Positions 25,701-39,722 of a stretch of 64,000 nt of DNA are shown one piece after another. This DNA comes from Paragordius varius (taxonomy: Eukaryota; Animalia; Nematomorpha): the NCBI GenBank assembly GCA_964247055.1, contig OZ176053.1, positions 372,001 to 436,000 of the forward strand, read 5' to 3'. Every line of letters begins with the position of its first letter. Position 1 is the stretch's first letter. The notes under the pieces were generated by a model. It did no database searches, was not told the DNA's origin, and saw only the letters and a program-made list of their open reading frames with translations. A program made the translations under genes and the position numbers.

Positions 25701-27303
25701 AATTCGAAAAGAGAAAATATTTTAAAACCTGTATTCCAAAGGATCATGGAAAATTGTTGAAATTGTTTTTTATTTAATGTTTTTAAAATGGCGATATCAA
25801 ATTTAGATAATTATATCTGTGACTGAAGTGATAAATCAAATTTTATTATAAAAGTTTTGGGTTTAGATATTTAAACCAATGGTACTCACCAAATTTTTTT
25901 AAAAAGCCCTAAAAATGTTTATTTTGCAAGGGCTGCGCATTATAAAAAACTGATAAAAATATTAAAGCTGTTTGACAAATTTACAGATATTTCAGGGTCA
26001 AAGGGCTTTTAGGGCCCCGGTTTTTACTGATTTATAAGATCATTAAATGGTGCCTAGACAAGTGTGATATTAATAAAAAGTTTTGATTTATCATATAAAT
26101 AAATGAAAAATATTTTTTATTTAAAGATCAGAATAGAAGGACCTTCAAATAAACCCATATATAAGAGTTTGGCAAATGATAAAAAAAAATTGAATATAAT
26201 GTTTAGACGATGAAAATTGTAAAAGTAAAATTTTATACCCGGTTGGCATAATTGTCTTGTAAATCCAATTAGTTTATGAATAAAAAAGTTTGCTTTTTTA
26301 CAGTCATGTATCCTTTTTTTATCAAAAAATTTTTTTTTCGTTAAATGTGTAAAAAAATTTGGTAAAGAATGGAAAAAAACAAGAGCTCTATGGTAATTGT
26401 TATACTTTTTTGATGAATATGATATTGTTAATACCATAGAGCAGTTTTTTCCATCTTTAACAAATATTTATACCCATTTAACGAAATAAAATAAATTTTT
26501 GATTAAATAAAGGATACATGACTGTATTTTAACACATACATTAGTATTTATTGTAAACTTTTAAAGCACTTTTTCGGTCGATCGCTGACGCCGAAAACCC
26601 TTTAAAATGAATGCTTGTGGAAATTATAGAGTTTAACTTTTTCAAAAATTTCCTTTCTGAAAATTTTAAAATAGGGGTGTCCAACACACACGGCTTCGTG
26701 AGCCACATTCGATAAATATATGGGCCTTAATTAATAATTAGATTTCAGGCATAAAAATGTCAATTAAAAAGTGCTATTTATTTAACCGATTTCTGTAAAT
26801 TTTTTGTCTAACAAATATAAAAATTTATTTGGGAAATATCAATTTTACTAATAATTTGTGAGAATATTATTTCTAATTGTAAAATTCGTAGCAATTTTGT
26901 TTCCCAAAATTTTCGCTCGCCGCCTAATATGAAGAACAGAGAAGTGCTGAATACGTTTTAAATCGATACTAAACCAATCGAAAAATAAAATTTTTATAAA
27001 TCATTGGAAAACAACTTAAAATATAAAGTAAAAATTTTATACATAATTGTTTATTTATTTAATATCTAATCTACAGTAAAGCGCACCACAGAGTTTATCG
27101 TGTATAGGTAATAAATAACAATATGTATGTATATAATTGCGTAAAAGTTCATATTATTTATACGTTTAATTTATTGCCGTTTATAATTCATTCTACTTTT
27201 GTTTTTCTCCCTTTCTTTTGTTTTTTGATATACATAATAATCCGTTTTCTAAAAATTCAAAATTTAATTTTTGACTTTTAAAAAATATTTTTTTTTTTCG
27301 AAT

Positions 27304-30300
27304 ATGAAAATCAATCAAATTCACAATTCGGATTTACATGTTTCCCAATTGTGTTTAGGGACATGGCAATTCAACGATAACACAGCTGGGACTTCATCGT
27401 ATACCTGGGATGCCCAAGATTATAAAGTTTTGCTTAATCAATTTAATTTACAATTTTGAAATTGACTATTTTTTTTTTGAAAAATATGTACTTGAAAAAT
27501 TTTATATTTTAAAAATATAGGTTTCTAAAGAAATTGTCGATGCCTCAATCGAAAGTGGAATCAATTTTTTTGATACCGCTGAGGTAACTGATATAGTTAT
27601 TTAATAATTTTTCTCTACTTAGCCTTTTATTTCATAATTAAATTGCTTTTTTAAAAAAAACTGTCTGAGGTATATCCTTGAAACTTAATTTTTTATAAAT
27701 TGTACTTCCTTGTTTTGCATTTTTTTCAAAAATAAAATATAATTAATAATTTTCTTTTGTTATGTATGACTTCCTCATCTATCTTTGAGCGAACTCACAC
27801 AAATTTTTACGCATGTCATATTTTATTTTACCTGTGGTGACAAAAAAGGTTTGATGGTATAAAAATGCAAAATATGTCTTTTCTAGAAAATTATTATAGG
27901 CTATGGATACCAAAGTTTACTTGTGGAAAAACGGCTGCAATTAATTACTTTTTTTTACAATTTTTTAAAATAGCTGGCGAAATATTTAAAAATATTAATG
28001 AAAATTAAAAAATAATATTTATCCTAATAATTATAGGCTTATAAGAATTCAGAATCTGTCTTGGGTCGCATTATAGAGGGCAGTTATAAATCCAGGCGCG
28101 GTGATTTGATCATTGCATCTAAGGTTGGCTTTAGTGCCGCTGTGGATAAACCGACTGCTTACACAGAAACTGATATGGAAGATTCTTTGAATACCACATT
28201 ACGAAGTTTGAAAACCGATTATCTCGATATATATCAGGTGATTAAAGATAAATGATTTAAATAGTAAAAATGATGCCAATGAAAGCAATGCTTTTGTTTT
28301 CAGTAATGTTTTAAACGATGTTTTTTAAATGCGAATAAACAGATGTATGTGGTTTTTTGAGCGATTCTTCGCTTATTTTTACTTACATTACACCCTTACA
28401 TAATTGAGTATTAAATAATGAAAAATGATAATTGCTTGCTTGCGCAGCAAAATCTGATATCTAACTATTGTTTAAACTAAAAAATGTGAAGGTTAATATT
28501 TTATAATCGTTTTTAGAAGTAGAATATTTAAATACCAAAATTTTTTAATCCAATGTTTTAGATCCATTGGCCAGCTGTAATGAAAGATGTTGAAGGCACT
28601 GTCAAAGCCCTTAAGCGTTTCCAAAGTTTAGGGAAGATTCGATATTATGGAGTCTCTAATTTTGGGCCAAAAACTATGGAAGCATTCTATGCTGCTGGTG
28701 GACAGCCCATTTCCAACCAAGTTGGATCCATGACAATTTTTATTAATTCAATATTTCTTCTCGTTGCTTTAATATAATTTTTGCGTTATTTCTTTCTGAA
28801 TTTTATTGTTCGTTTTTTAATCTTTTAGTTACCATACAGTTTGTTGTGGCGAGCCATTGAATATGATATTATTCCAGAGTGTGCAAAACATAATTTGGAT
28901 ATCCTAGCATATTCTCCGTTGGCCCAGGGCTTGCTTTCAGGAAAGTATGAAACGGGTTCACAATTTCCCGAAGGCAGGCGCCGGTCACGGCTATTTGATT
29001 GCAAAAGGTATAAGCAGACGAATTTTATAAATATAGTATAAATACTTTTATATTATATTTATACTTAATTTTTGTAAAATTTACCAATTATTATTTGGAA
29101 TGGTAAAATTTTTTTTATATTGATTAATATTTTATTTAAAAAAATTCGTGAAAAAAAAACAAAATTAATATAAAGTTATATTTTATTTTTCAATAACAGC
29201 ACCAAACTAGCGACCCACACTGAGGCAGGATGTGAGCAACAAATATTTTCAGCTTTAAATCAAATTAAACATCTACTAAATCAACTTAACGCTAGTCAAA
29301 CCTGCCATACTCATCAACCCACGGCAGATAATGTAAATGACAGCTGTTGTCATGGTGATAAACACACTTGTCATGTAATTTCAATATTAAAATATTTGAG
29401 ATTATATATATATTTAACGTTAAATATATTATATTTAAAAGGGTCAGGACACGGATTGTAAACAGCCACTTAGTATGGTTAGTGTTTCGCTCGATTGGAT
29501 TTTGAAAAATCCTCAAATAGCTTCCGTTATTGTGGGTGCCTCATCGCCTCTACAAATCAAAAATTTAGTGAGCGGTCTAAATCCGGAAGCATTAACTCAG
29601 GTAAACTTATGCATTATAAACCTATTTTTGAGTTTTTAATATAGCATAACTTCTTTTTGTGAATAACACGGGACCGTTCAATAAAATTTACAAAGTTGTT
29701 TAATTTTAAAAAACCAATATCTATTAGCAATCTGCAAAAAAATATCGGCTTTAAAAGCTGTAATTACTAATCTACATATTTATAAAAATGGAAAATGCTG
29801 GCTTTGTGACCTGGTACCGGAAAACCGGTAGACCCATTCAAATCCAAACATCGAAAAAATATAATTATTAATGAATGCCCGACAATAGCTTCGCCCTTTT
29901 TTAAAGGCCCCCAGTTCGGCCCACCCCGTGTAGAACACGGTTTTTTTGTTGAAAACAAAAGTCCACAAAAATCGTGTCATGAGACAATTTTCCGGAGAAC
30001 GTGTTGGACCATTCAATTTCAAATATGATTTTTGTTTACTTATTTTCGATTGCGCCGAACACATTCGTCTCGCTTTTTTAAATTAGGCCCTTACCCGCTC
30101 CCACCGTAATATGCCATTTTTTTCAAAAAAACAAAATCCACAAAAATAATCTTTTGAATCTATGTATTTTCCCCCAAGTAAACAATAAAGGAATGCACCG
30201 TTTTAAAATTCCTATGAGATCATAGCTATTAAATAATGTTTCGAAATAATCCACATATATGGATCATTTTATTGATCGCTTTTTTCAAATCACCCCCCTC

Positions 30301-30629
30301 CCAGAAGTCCGAAGGACTTCCTCGGGCTGCGTAGCAGCGCGAGATTTACGCTAGTATATATATATATAAGGGTCAGATTTATAAAATGCCGTTTTGCACA
30401 TCTTTACGCGACGAAAAAATCAGTTTGCGAAAAAATAGTAGGCACAAAACAAAGACAAAAATTTCCTTTTTTGAAAAAATGACTCATTTTTTAAATTAAA
30501 AAGTTTTATAAGTTTTTATATTTTTATACCAAGGATGTTAAACTTCAACTCGACCAAATTACGGAACCGGTTAAAGCTGCCATTGGAAACAATCCGGACA
30601 TGTGGTTTACTCAAACTCGGTACAGTTGA
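27304..30629 (+). CDS. Aldo-keto reductase (bacterial-like subfamily type with C-terminal G.NPDMW motif)
   Basis: Exons 27304-27426, 27521-27583, 28037-28237, 28562-28720, 28829-29007, 29200-29374 (or -29332), 29442-29600, 30534-30629. Catalytic tetrad D (FFDTAE), Y (AYKNSE), K (IASKVG), H (IHWP); GKIRYYGVSNF, NQLPYSLLWR, AYSPLAQGLLSG, SVIVGASSP. Confidence 0.92.
29771..30354 (+). mobile_element. Non-autonomous Helitron in AKR intron 7
   Basis: A|TCTACATATTTATAAAA 5' end; CTAG|T 3' end; hairpin GCTGC-GTA-GCAGC about 12 nt upstream of CTAG and a second hairpin GAAGTCC-GAA-GGACTTC; inserted between A and T with no TSD. Confidence 0.75.
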
Positions 30630-31727
30630 ATACAATCCACTGATTTTAAAATAAAATTGGGTTTCATTTATCCCATCATATGGCTAAACACATTTACTAG
30701 TCTTATATTTCTGTTTTTATGATGTTTTTTAAACTCGCTATATTACATCAATTTTTATTTCATTTTATAATCATTTTAACAAACATATTTTCATAATTTT
30801 AACTTTAAACCATTTTTTTATCATATTTTACCTCATTACCCATATAAATATATCAAGTTATATAATCTCTACAACTTTTAAATTAATTCCTTTATTTATA
30901 AATTTGTTATTGGCCACAATATTTTAAATAAATTTTTATAATATGTTGAACAGATAAAATCCGAAATTTCATATGAATACACAAGTAAATACTATAATTA
31001 AAATGTTATCTGTGGTATAATTATCGGTTAATTAAAATAGAAGCGCATCAATATTTATAATCTGGAGAAAATCCACCAAATATATGTTATTATAAGCAAT
31101 CTAAAAGTGCTGACCAAGTCATGACCCGGTCAGTGAATATTTATTTTTTACCATGGTCTTTTAAAAAGCTGTTTTTCGAAAAATTGCCAGTATTGTTTTT
31201 TAATATATTTATTAAAAATTAATTATTTAAATAAAAGAATCGATATTTAAATATGCTCTATATTTAAAACAATAGATTAAAAATTGTTAAACATGCATCC
31301 TTATGATATTAGCATTTAAACATGAAATCCACTGTGGGAATATTTTGAAAAACAAAACAATCAAGCAAAACATCTTATAATTGTTTTTGTAACATGATGT
31401 CAAAAACAACCGGTTAAAGCGCTAATATTTACGTAGAGTTATAACCATATCAAAACGTAAATTTTAATTTGATTAACCCAAATTTGTATTAATTTAAATA
31501 ACTGTTAATAAAAAATTTAAGGTTAATAATTTATTAAAACACAAGTTAAATAAATGCTTATATTATTGACTGTTGTTTAATTATAAATAAGATGACAGTT
31601 ACGGTCGCTTATATAAGTTATAATCCACCTAAATTATTCAAATTTAATCAAGATTGAATCAAATAAATTTATACAATCCTTAAATATTTATTAAAATAGA
31701 CAATTTAAAATATTTTGTAAAAAATTA

Positions 31728-34700
31728 TTAACAAGTTTGAAAAAATAGACGGAAATCATGTTTAGTTCCCTTCAAAGTTATTTCCGGCCAGCTGATGTAC
31801 TGAATAAAATGGTTGGGCAAAAAATAAGTTTTAGTTTTGTTCCTATGTTCACTATATACTTCATGTACTCTGACACCCGTGGATAGCTGTTTGTATTCAA
31901 CCTAAAATTAATTAAATGTTAAAATATACCATAAAAAGGCATCACTATACAATTTAAAAGTTTTTCAAAAAAAACGATAGTTACAGTAAAATATAATACA
32001 GACAAAACGTTAAAACCTAACGACAAATATTTTTTTAATGTTAGCTGTACCTTTAAATCGATTTTTTAATATTACCTATTAAATTAAACTTCAAGTTTTA
32101 AATACAGATGTGAATTGGTAATACAATCATTTATATATTTTGGAATATAAATAAAATAGTTTATCTCGAAAATACACAGGTTTTAAAAGTAGGGTTGTCT
32201 TTCAAAAAATATTTGACATGTTTTTAACTGTCTGTATAATTTCAATGTTCACCTTAATCGTATTAAAATATTTTGTATCCTTATCGGATATCAATATAGT
32301 AAATAATATTTTAAAAACTAAAAGCCGCTTTTAAAAATAAAGTATGCATATATTTAGTAATAAAAATTTAAATAATAAATTTAAAATTAATTTACTTGAG
32401 CGTCAAAATTAAGGGGAAGTGGACAAGAAATAATGAAAGAATTTTTTTCTGCTTCATGATGCAAAAAACATATTTGAGGTCTTGGCACAGGGTTTGGAAA
32501 TAGCTCCCATTCATACGTCAAATTAACTACCAGCTTTTGATTAAAAATAAAAAAAAACTAAATTTGCATTATTAAAAAACATGTTAGTTTATCTAAAAAT
32601 GTGCCATATTTACTTATATTATTACACTTTTTTTAGTTAAAAATTTACGGTATTAATAACACAATCGTTCATTTTAATTAAAAACTTATTATATGCCCTT
32701 TTTTTAAAAAAATATATTAATCAATTAAAAGTACATGTTTTTTCACTAAAAATAAGCTAGTACATTGACCTTTTTTACGTAGTTTTTTCCGCACTTTGCA
32801 TTTTATAACAATACTTGACAAAATATCACACTTTAATGTTATTGTAAAAAAAATTACATAAAAATAGGTTTAACTGTATATATCTCAAAAATATTTAAAA
32901 AACCCTAATTAAATTAACTTACATCACTTATAATCCGAAGGATGGAACCAGGTCTAATACCTACGATCTCATCTATACGATACAGCGTATCCACTGGGAT
33001 ATGATATGCATTATTTTGTTCGGGATCTCGGTTATATATTTGACGGGCCATAATAGGCGTGTACAAAATATTGAGGAGCCTTCCCACATGTACTGTCTTG
33101 GTACTGAGAAAAATATTATATTTACAGTAAAAAGTGAAATTATACGGACAAAAAACGTAAAAATATAAAGACAAATATTTTTTTCTAAAAGACAACCATA
33201 CTTTTTTAATCTTGATTTTTTTCAACATAACTCATTGTTTATAATAGCAAAAAATCAAATAGGGATATATATTACAAACACACTCAATTCTATAATTTAG
33301 AATCGTAACTAAATAGCATATAGAGGTAAAATTAAGGTTTTAAAAAATATGGTTGTCTTTTAGATAAAAACATTTGTCTTTATATTTTTTGTTTTGTCCG
33401 TATAATTTTATAATTTTTACTGTAAATTTGCATATGTGGTGTCATAGAGTAGTGTGCGACTGAATTTTACAATAATAATTTTAACTCAAATTTATACAAA
33501 AAGCTACAAAGCTAAATTTTAGATTTATGTTGACATGTATGTTAGAATGAAAATTAAAATTATGCGGATTAAACGTTAAAAACTAAAAGACGTATTTTTT
33601 TCAAACAACAACCATATTTTTTAAACCTTGATTTTTCTATAAACTATTTATTACATTTGTAAAATATATAATTGAGTGTGTTAACATCTCTATTTCCGTA
33701 TTACAACCCTAAACGAAGGATTTTATAATATAATAAGGTTTAAAAAGCATGGTAATCTTTTTTAAAAGTATATTTGTGTCTTAATTTTTACGCTTTGTCT
33801 GGATAAAATATTAATTTTTATGAGATTAGTAAGTCATCCTATCTGATAAAATATAAAATTACTTAAATTATATTATACACGATTTTGTGGATCAGTTATA
33901 TGAACTCAATTTTTAAAAGGGTATAGCCCTAAATTATATAAAAAGATGGTTTCTATATTTATGGCCATAATTTGAAAGAACCTATACTATAACTATAATA
34001 TACGGACAAAACCTAAAAATATAAAGACAAATATTTTTTTCTAAAAGGCAACCATACTTTTTAAATCTTACTTTTTCCTGCAAAGTATGATAAAAAAAAC
34101 GTAAATTGTTAACTCAATCATTAATATACTTTACGATTGTAATTACATGATTTTATAACAGAAATTAAGGCTTAAAAAAGTATGGTTGTTTTTTGAAAAA
34201 AAAGTTTTTATATTTTTACGTTTTGTCCGTATTTTTCATTGTACTTTTTGAATAAGGCATAGAACTGCTTAATTACAAAATTAGTGTTTAATTAAAAGGC
34301 TTTAATTTATTAAATCGTATATTTACATCAACTTTATTTCTATCTTCTAACCAATCTTAAAAACTAATTGCAATTTTAAAAACCACAAAAAGCGTGATAA
34401 TTTTTTTCATTTTTTAACTTTTACGAAAAGTATTAAAGAGTAAACCTATATCAATAATGTAATTTAATTGATCATTTACAGTTCAAATTCACCCTCGAAC
34501 AATTCAAATTCAATCTCGAACTATTTTTATTCACCCTTGAACAATTTAAATTCATCTTAAAAATAAATTATGTGTTTTCGAACTAATATAAATCATTATT
34601 AATATAAAATATATCTCTATGGCATAGTGTATAATTTTTCAGTATTATTTTGATAAAAAAAATTTTTGTTGTTAATATATACAGGTATTTTTTAATCTTA

Positions 34701-35549
34701 AAAACATATATTTTATTTGACAATGATGAATTGTTCAAGGGTGAATTTGAATTGTTCAAGGGTGAATTTGAATTGTTCAAGTGTGAATATGAATTGTAAA
34801 TGGTATATATATTAAAACTTTTGCATTCAAAGTTAATTTTAATTTTACTATAATTTGATTTGACTTACAAGCGATCCAGATATGTAAGCTCGGGGAAAAC
34901 GAAAGCAGTTCCAATACGTTTATTCCTCTGAATTTGATCACATAAATAGTTTTTTCCTAAAATATTTTTACAACAATAGAGTAAGTAATATAGAAAAGGC
35001 CATAAAACTAAAAGCATTTTTTTAAAGTTAACCTAATATTTAAATATTTAATTTTTTTCATATACAATATATGATTAGGGGTTAGATATTTGTATTATGT
35101 AATTATACAACTTTAATCATATGGGCTATAAAAAATTCTAAAATATCAAAATTATTTAAAATTTTTAACTAAAAAATTTTAGCCTATAAATTTACATATA
35201 GCTAATTTTAATATATTACAGTTAAATTTATATAGAAAAAAAGTAAATACATAAAGGACAAATATATTTTTCAAAAGAACGCTGTACTCTATTTCACATT
35301 TAGTGGTTTAAAAAGTATGGTTTTTTTGAAAATTTTTTTATGTCGGTATAATTTTATTTGTACAGTAATATTATCATTTTTACCTTTTGTAATATTCAAA
35401 AGATCATTTTCCAGGGGATTATCAGCTGTTTCTGGCAGGCCGCCCAAATCAAAAGGGTGAGTTTCTGTATCTTTGATTCCACAGAGTATGAAGTTAACTA
35501 AGGCAAAAGCGATAATAATTATCAAAAGTGTAAAAATATTGGTCTTCAT
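31728..35549 (-). CDS. Secreted protein of unknown family, paralog B
   Basis: Exons 35549-35384, 34956-34869, 33103-32923, 32533-32396, 31901-31728 (phases 1,2,0,0), open to stop. Signal-peptide-like N-terminus; FVFPELTYL, NILYTPI, AYHIPVDTLYRI, LRIISD, RPQICF..CPLP, WPEITLKGTKHDFRLFFQTC*. Confidence 0.88.
33125..33422. mobile_element. Intact M1 MITE inside intron 2 of paralog B
   Basis: TA|CAGTAAAAAGTGAAATTATACGGAC ... GTCCGTATAAT..TTTTACTG|TA; one end lies 21 nt from the exon-3 acceptor. Confidence 0.9.
34473..34803. mobile_element. M2 MITE in intron 2 of paralog B
   Basis: CATTTACAGTTCAAATTCACCCTCGAACAATTC ... GAATTGTAAATGG|TA with 21-bp repeats at both ends. Confidence 0.85.
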
Positions 35550-36917
35550 TCAAGGCAAATCAATTTTTCCAGATAAATTTTGGAATATATTGTAAATTGA
35601 ATTTATATTATTTTTAAAAACTAATAAAATTAAAAATCGGAATCTAACATATACGGGTCAGAATTTTAAGATCAATAAAATTGAAATATCGTGTATATAA
35701 GGCGAACAGGGTGGGTAAATATAATTTATATACAAATTTATATACTACTGTGTGTCAACAAATATAGGCGCCATTATACCTTATAAATGTAAATGTATGT
35801 GGTGTTTATTTGTTTTATTGTTTCTTAAAATTTTGGGTTGAAATTGTGATAATTACAGTTGTAATAATTTTGTTAGAAGCCATTATAACCTAAACTCAAA
35901 TAATGGGAAAATTTAAAGTTAAAAATTTAAGGCAGACTCAGTTACTTTAATTTTTAATATTGGTAAATATATTTTATGGGGATACCCCAAAGATTTAAAG
36001 ATATTCTTTTCTAGTGAGAGCTAACTTTTTAACAATTAATGTCTAACATAACTATAATTGGGAACATATCTTATTTCAATTTTTAGGTTATAACAATATT
36101 CCTTATAATGAAAATCTGAGTCTATAGAGGTTTTCCACCGCTACATCGACTTAAAGGCTCAATGAATTTTATTTTGTGCTGTTTACCATAATTGGTACAA
36201 CGTTGGAATAAAAAACCAACTTTAGCGCCCTTATTCTCAATAATAAAATTTATTTTAATTCTTCTCTAAAAGGTATATACAATATTTGAATTTTGATTAT
36301 ATTATTTCCATTATAAACCATTTTGATTTCATTATAACTAGCGAACTTATATGAGAGACATAAATATTTTTAAGATTCGTTTTTGTTGCACAGTAAAAGC
36401 TATAGTCTAAAAAATATCTTTTTTTTCTTAAGGGTTATTGGAATGTTCTAGTACAGAGGTCCAAAATGGCTTCATGGGCCGCATTTTCAACTTAAGATAT
36501 CTGGCGGGCGGTATTTCAAAAATAAAGTCTAAAAACCGATAATGCTTTGTGAAATAAATATTTTATTAAATATCTAATGGTTTTGAAAATTTAATGCTTT
36601 ACCGAACAATCAATCATAGTGTAGGAGAAATTGAAGCAATAGATACATATCTGATTACATGCTGACACATTTGAAAGGAAATTTGAAATTATTTTATAGA
36701 ATTTTTAACAAAGAAGATTGATTATTTTTGCAAATTTTAGAATTTATAATTGGTATTTTTTCTTGGAGCGGGCAGTACAGAATATCACGGAGAGCCTCAT
36801 GAAAGATATATTATTAGATGACTGAAAATTTCTTGGAGAAACCATACAGAATTTATAATATTCACAATATTTATTCATCATATTTTCCCAAAATATATAT
36901 GACATAAAAATATAATA

Positions 36918-39722
36918 TTAACAAGTTTGAAAATAGAGTCGAAAATCGTGATTCGTTCCCTGTATAACAGCATTGGGCCAATTTATATGGTAAAGGAAAT
37001 AATTGTTTAATTCATATTTCAGAGATTTGGATTCAGTTCCTTCCAATATAGTTTCCGTAACCAGGACTCCGGTTGGCTTTTGAACATAATGTACCTATAT
37101 TTTCAAACAGCAATAAAAATTTTTAAATGGATACAATAATTTTTGTACTAAATTATTTGAAAATTATACAGTAAGATTTATTATGTCAAAAGGCAAAAAC
37201 TCAAAAAAGACATCCATACTTTTTCAAACCTTAAATTTTTGCATTTAACACATCGTTCAGGGTTGCAAAATAACGAATCAAAACTTAATTTGTTAGAGAT
37301 TTTATATAGATAATGTAGGCAAGTTAAAAAGATATGATTATATCTTCAAAATATTTATCTTTTAGTTACGTTTTGTCCGTATATTTTAAAATTTTACCGT
37401 ATAATGTAAAATTATTCCAAATTTTTAAAAATAATTATTAATTTCTTATGATTTATATATAAATATACCTTAGCACCATAGATTTGAGGTAGGGGGCATT
37501 TAATGTAAAGTTTTTCATTTGCATGGAGCAAAAAACATATTTGGGGTCGGGTCGGTTGATTTTTAGTATCAAACACATTAACAGGCATATCGGGCTTCTC
37601 ATAACCCAAAACTGTTAAATTGTATTCTAGATTAACTTGCATCTATATATATATTATGTATATATATAGATATATATATATATATATTATGTATATAATA
37701 AAAATTGAAATTATACAGACGCTACGTAAAAAAGAAAAGACAAATATTTTTTTGTAAAGTACAACCATACTTTTTTGAACTTGATTTTTTAAATATAACT
37801 CTCATTGTTATAAACTGCAAAGTATGAAATAGAGAAGTAAATTGGTATACAATCTCAATCAATTATATATTTGACAGTTTTAATTAAATAGTTTATATAG
37901 GAAAAATTAAAGTATAGTTGTTGTATTTTTATAAAAAAATATATTTGCCTTTATATTTTTACATTTTGCCTGTATAACTTTAATATTTACTGAATAAATT
38001 TGTTAAGCAATTTTAATAAATTAACTAATGGTTAAAGCCAATTTTTTAAATATTTTTAAATTTTATTTAATTTCGACACTGTCAAAATCGATATCCATTT
38101 ACCTTTCAAATTCACCCTTGAACAATTCAAATTCACTGTTGAGCAACTCAAATTTACGTTATGCAATTCAAACTCACCGTTAAGCAATTCAAATTCACCC
38201 TAAATAAATTACGTATTTAAGATTAAAAATTAGCTATATTTTTTATATTTTTAAAAATAGTATTTTGTTAATTAAAATAATACAGAAAATAATAAACTAA
38301 GCGATAAACATCCATTTTGTATAAATGATTAATTATATTAGCCCAAAAACTCATAATTTAAAAACACATAATTTATTTTAGGATGAATTTGAATTGTTCA
38401 AAGGTGAATTTGAATTGTTCGAGTGTGAATTCGATTTTTTAAGGGTAAATTTGAATTTTGTAAAGGGTATATTACATCACTAATGACTCTAAGGACAGAT
38501 GTTTCCCGCACATAAATTATAGCATTCATGCGATAAACTGTATCTGGTGGGATGTAATAAGCGCCCCCTTTTTCTGCAAAAATTTCTTTGGCAGTGATTG
38601 GAGCATACAATATATTTTTTCGTCGACTTAAAAACACTTTCCTTGGGCTATAAAAATAAATGATAAAACTTAATAAAAATAAAAAATTAGAAAATTTAAA
38701 ATATTTCAATTGATAGTTTTCGAAAAGGCATTAATATTTTATTAAAAATTTAAATACGGACAAAACATAAAAACTAAGACAAATATTTTTTTTCATAAAA
38801 CAACCATACTTTTTTAAACCTTAATTTTTCTTATATAATTAATTAAATTACAATTGCAAAATATATAATTTATTATATCACCAATTTACCTTTCGATTTC
38901 ATGCTTTGCAATATAAAAACAATGTGTTACATTTAAAAAATCAAGGTTAAATATAAAACAGTAAACCGGCCTATTCAAATAGAATATTGTTGTCTTTATA
39001 TTTTTACGGTTGTCCATATAATTTCAATTTTAATGCATATTAAAAATGAATGATGAAGTATTTACAAATTTTCCAGGTAAGCCAATTCGGGAAATACGTA
39101 AGGTGTCTCAACAAATCCTTTACCGGTTACATAAGAGCAAGTATATTCTTGACCTTAATAGGGTGGAAAAAAATTGTAAAGGTAAAACCTGATTTTTATT
39201 TTTTTTAAAGCGAAATAAAAATGAAAGAATTTTTTTTACAAAAAGACAGCCCCACATTTTTTCAAATAATTTCTAACAAGTCATAACCTAAAAGATCAAA
39301 ATATGGATAATGTCTTTTTTAAAATATATTTGTTTTTGTGTTTTCACATATTGTTCTTCTGTATAATTTTAATTTTTACTGCAAAATTTGGTTTATAAAA
39401 GTTTTTTTTTGGTAAAAAACGGAAAAAGATAAGGTTACATCTATATACCTTTAGGAATTTTTTTGAGTTCCCTAATAATTGATTGCGGAACTGGACGTTT
39501 AGTTTCAGGCTTCGGAATGTCTACAGGTCGACCAATTGGAGATTGTCCCCTTGAAATATCTGAATTATTTATTTCTCTGATCAAAGCATCTCCATCTATC
39601 AACTCAGCAGGACTTGCTAAGGCATTCTGGAATATTCCGAATAAACCAAAAATGACAAAAACAGCTATATAGATTGTGGTTAAAAAAGTTAAATGGTGTT
39701 TGGGGAATAATAAAAACAACAT
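36918..39722 (-). CDS. Secreted protein of unknown family, paralog A
   Basis: Exons 39722-39449, 39153-39066, 38647-38476, 37642-37469, 37094-36918 (phases 1,2,0,0), open to stop. Hydrophobic N-terminus; YVFPELAYL, NILYAPI, AYYIPPDTVYRM, LRVISD, RPQICF..CPLP, WPNAVIQGTNHDFRLYFQTC*. Confidence 0.88.

Noticed and set aside
27890-27945. Decoy acceptor ATTATAG|GCTAT upstream of AKR exon 3
   Set aside because: Similarity to the true acceptor is only about 11 nt in AT-rich DNA; could be chance.
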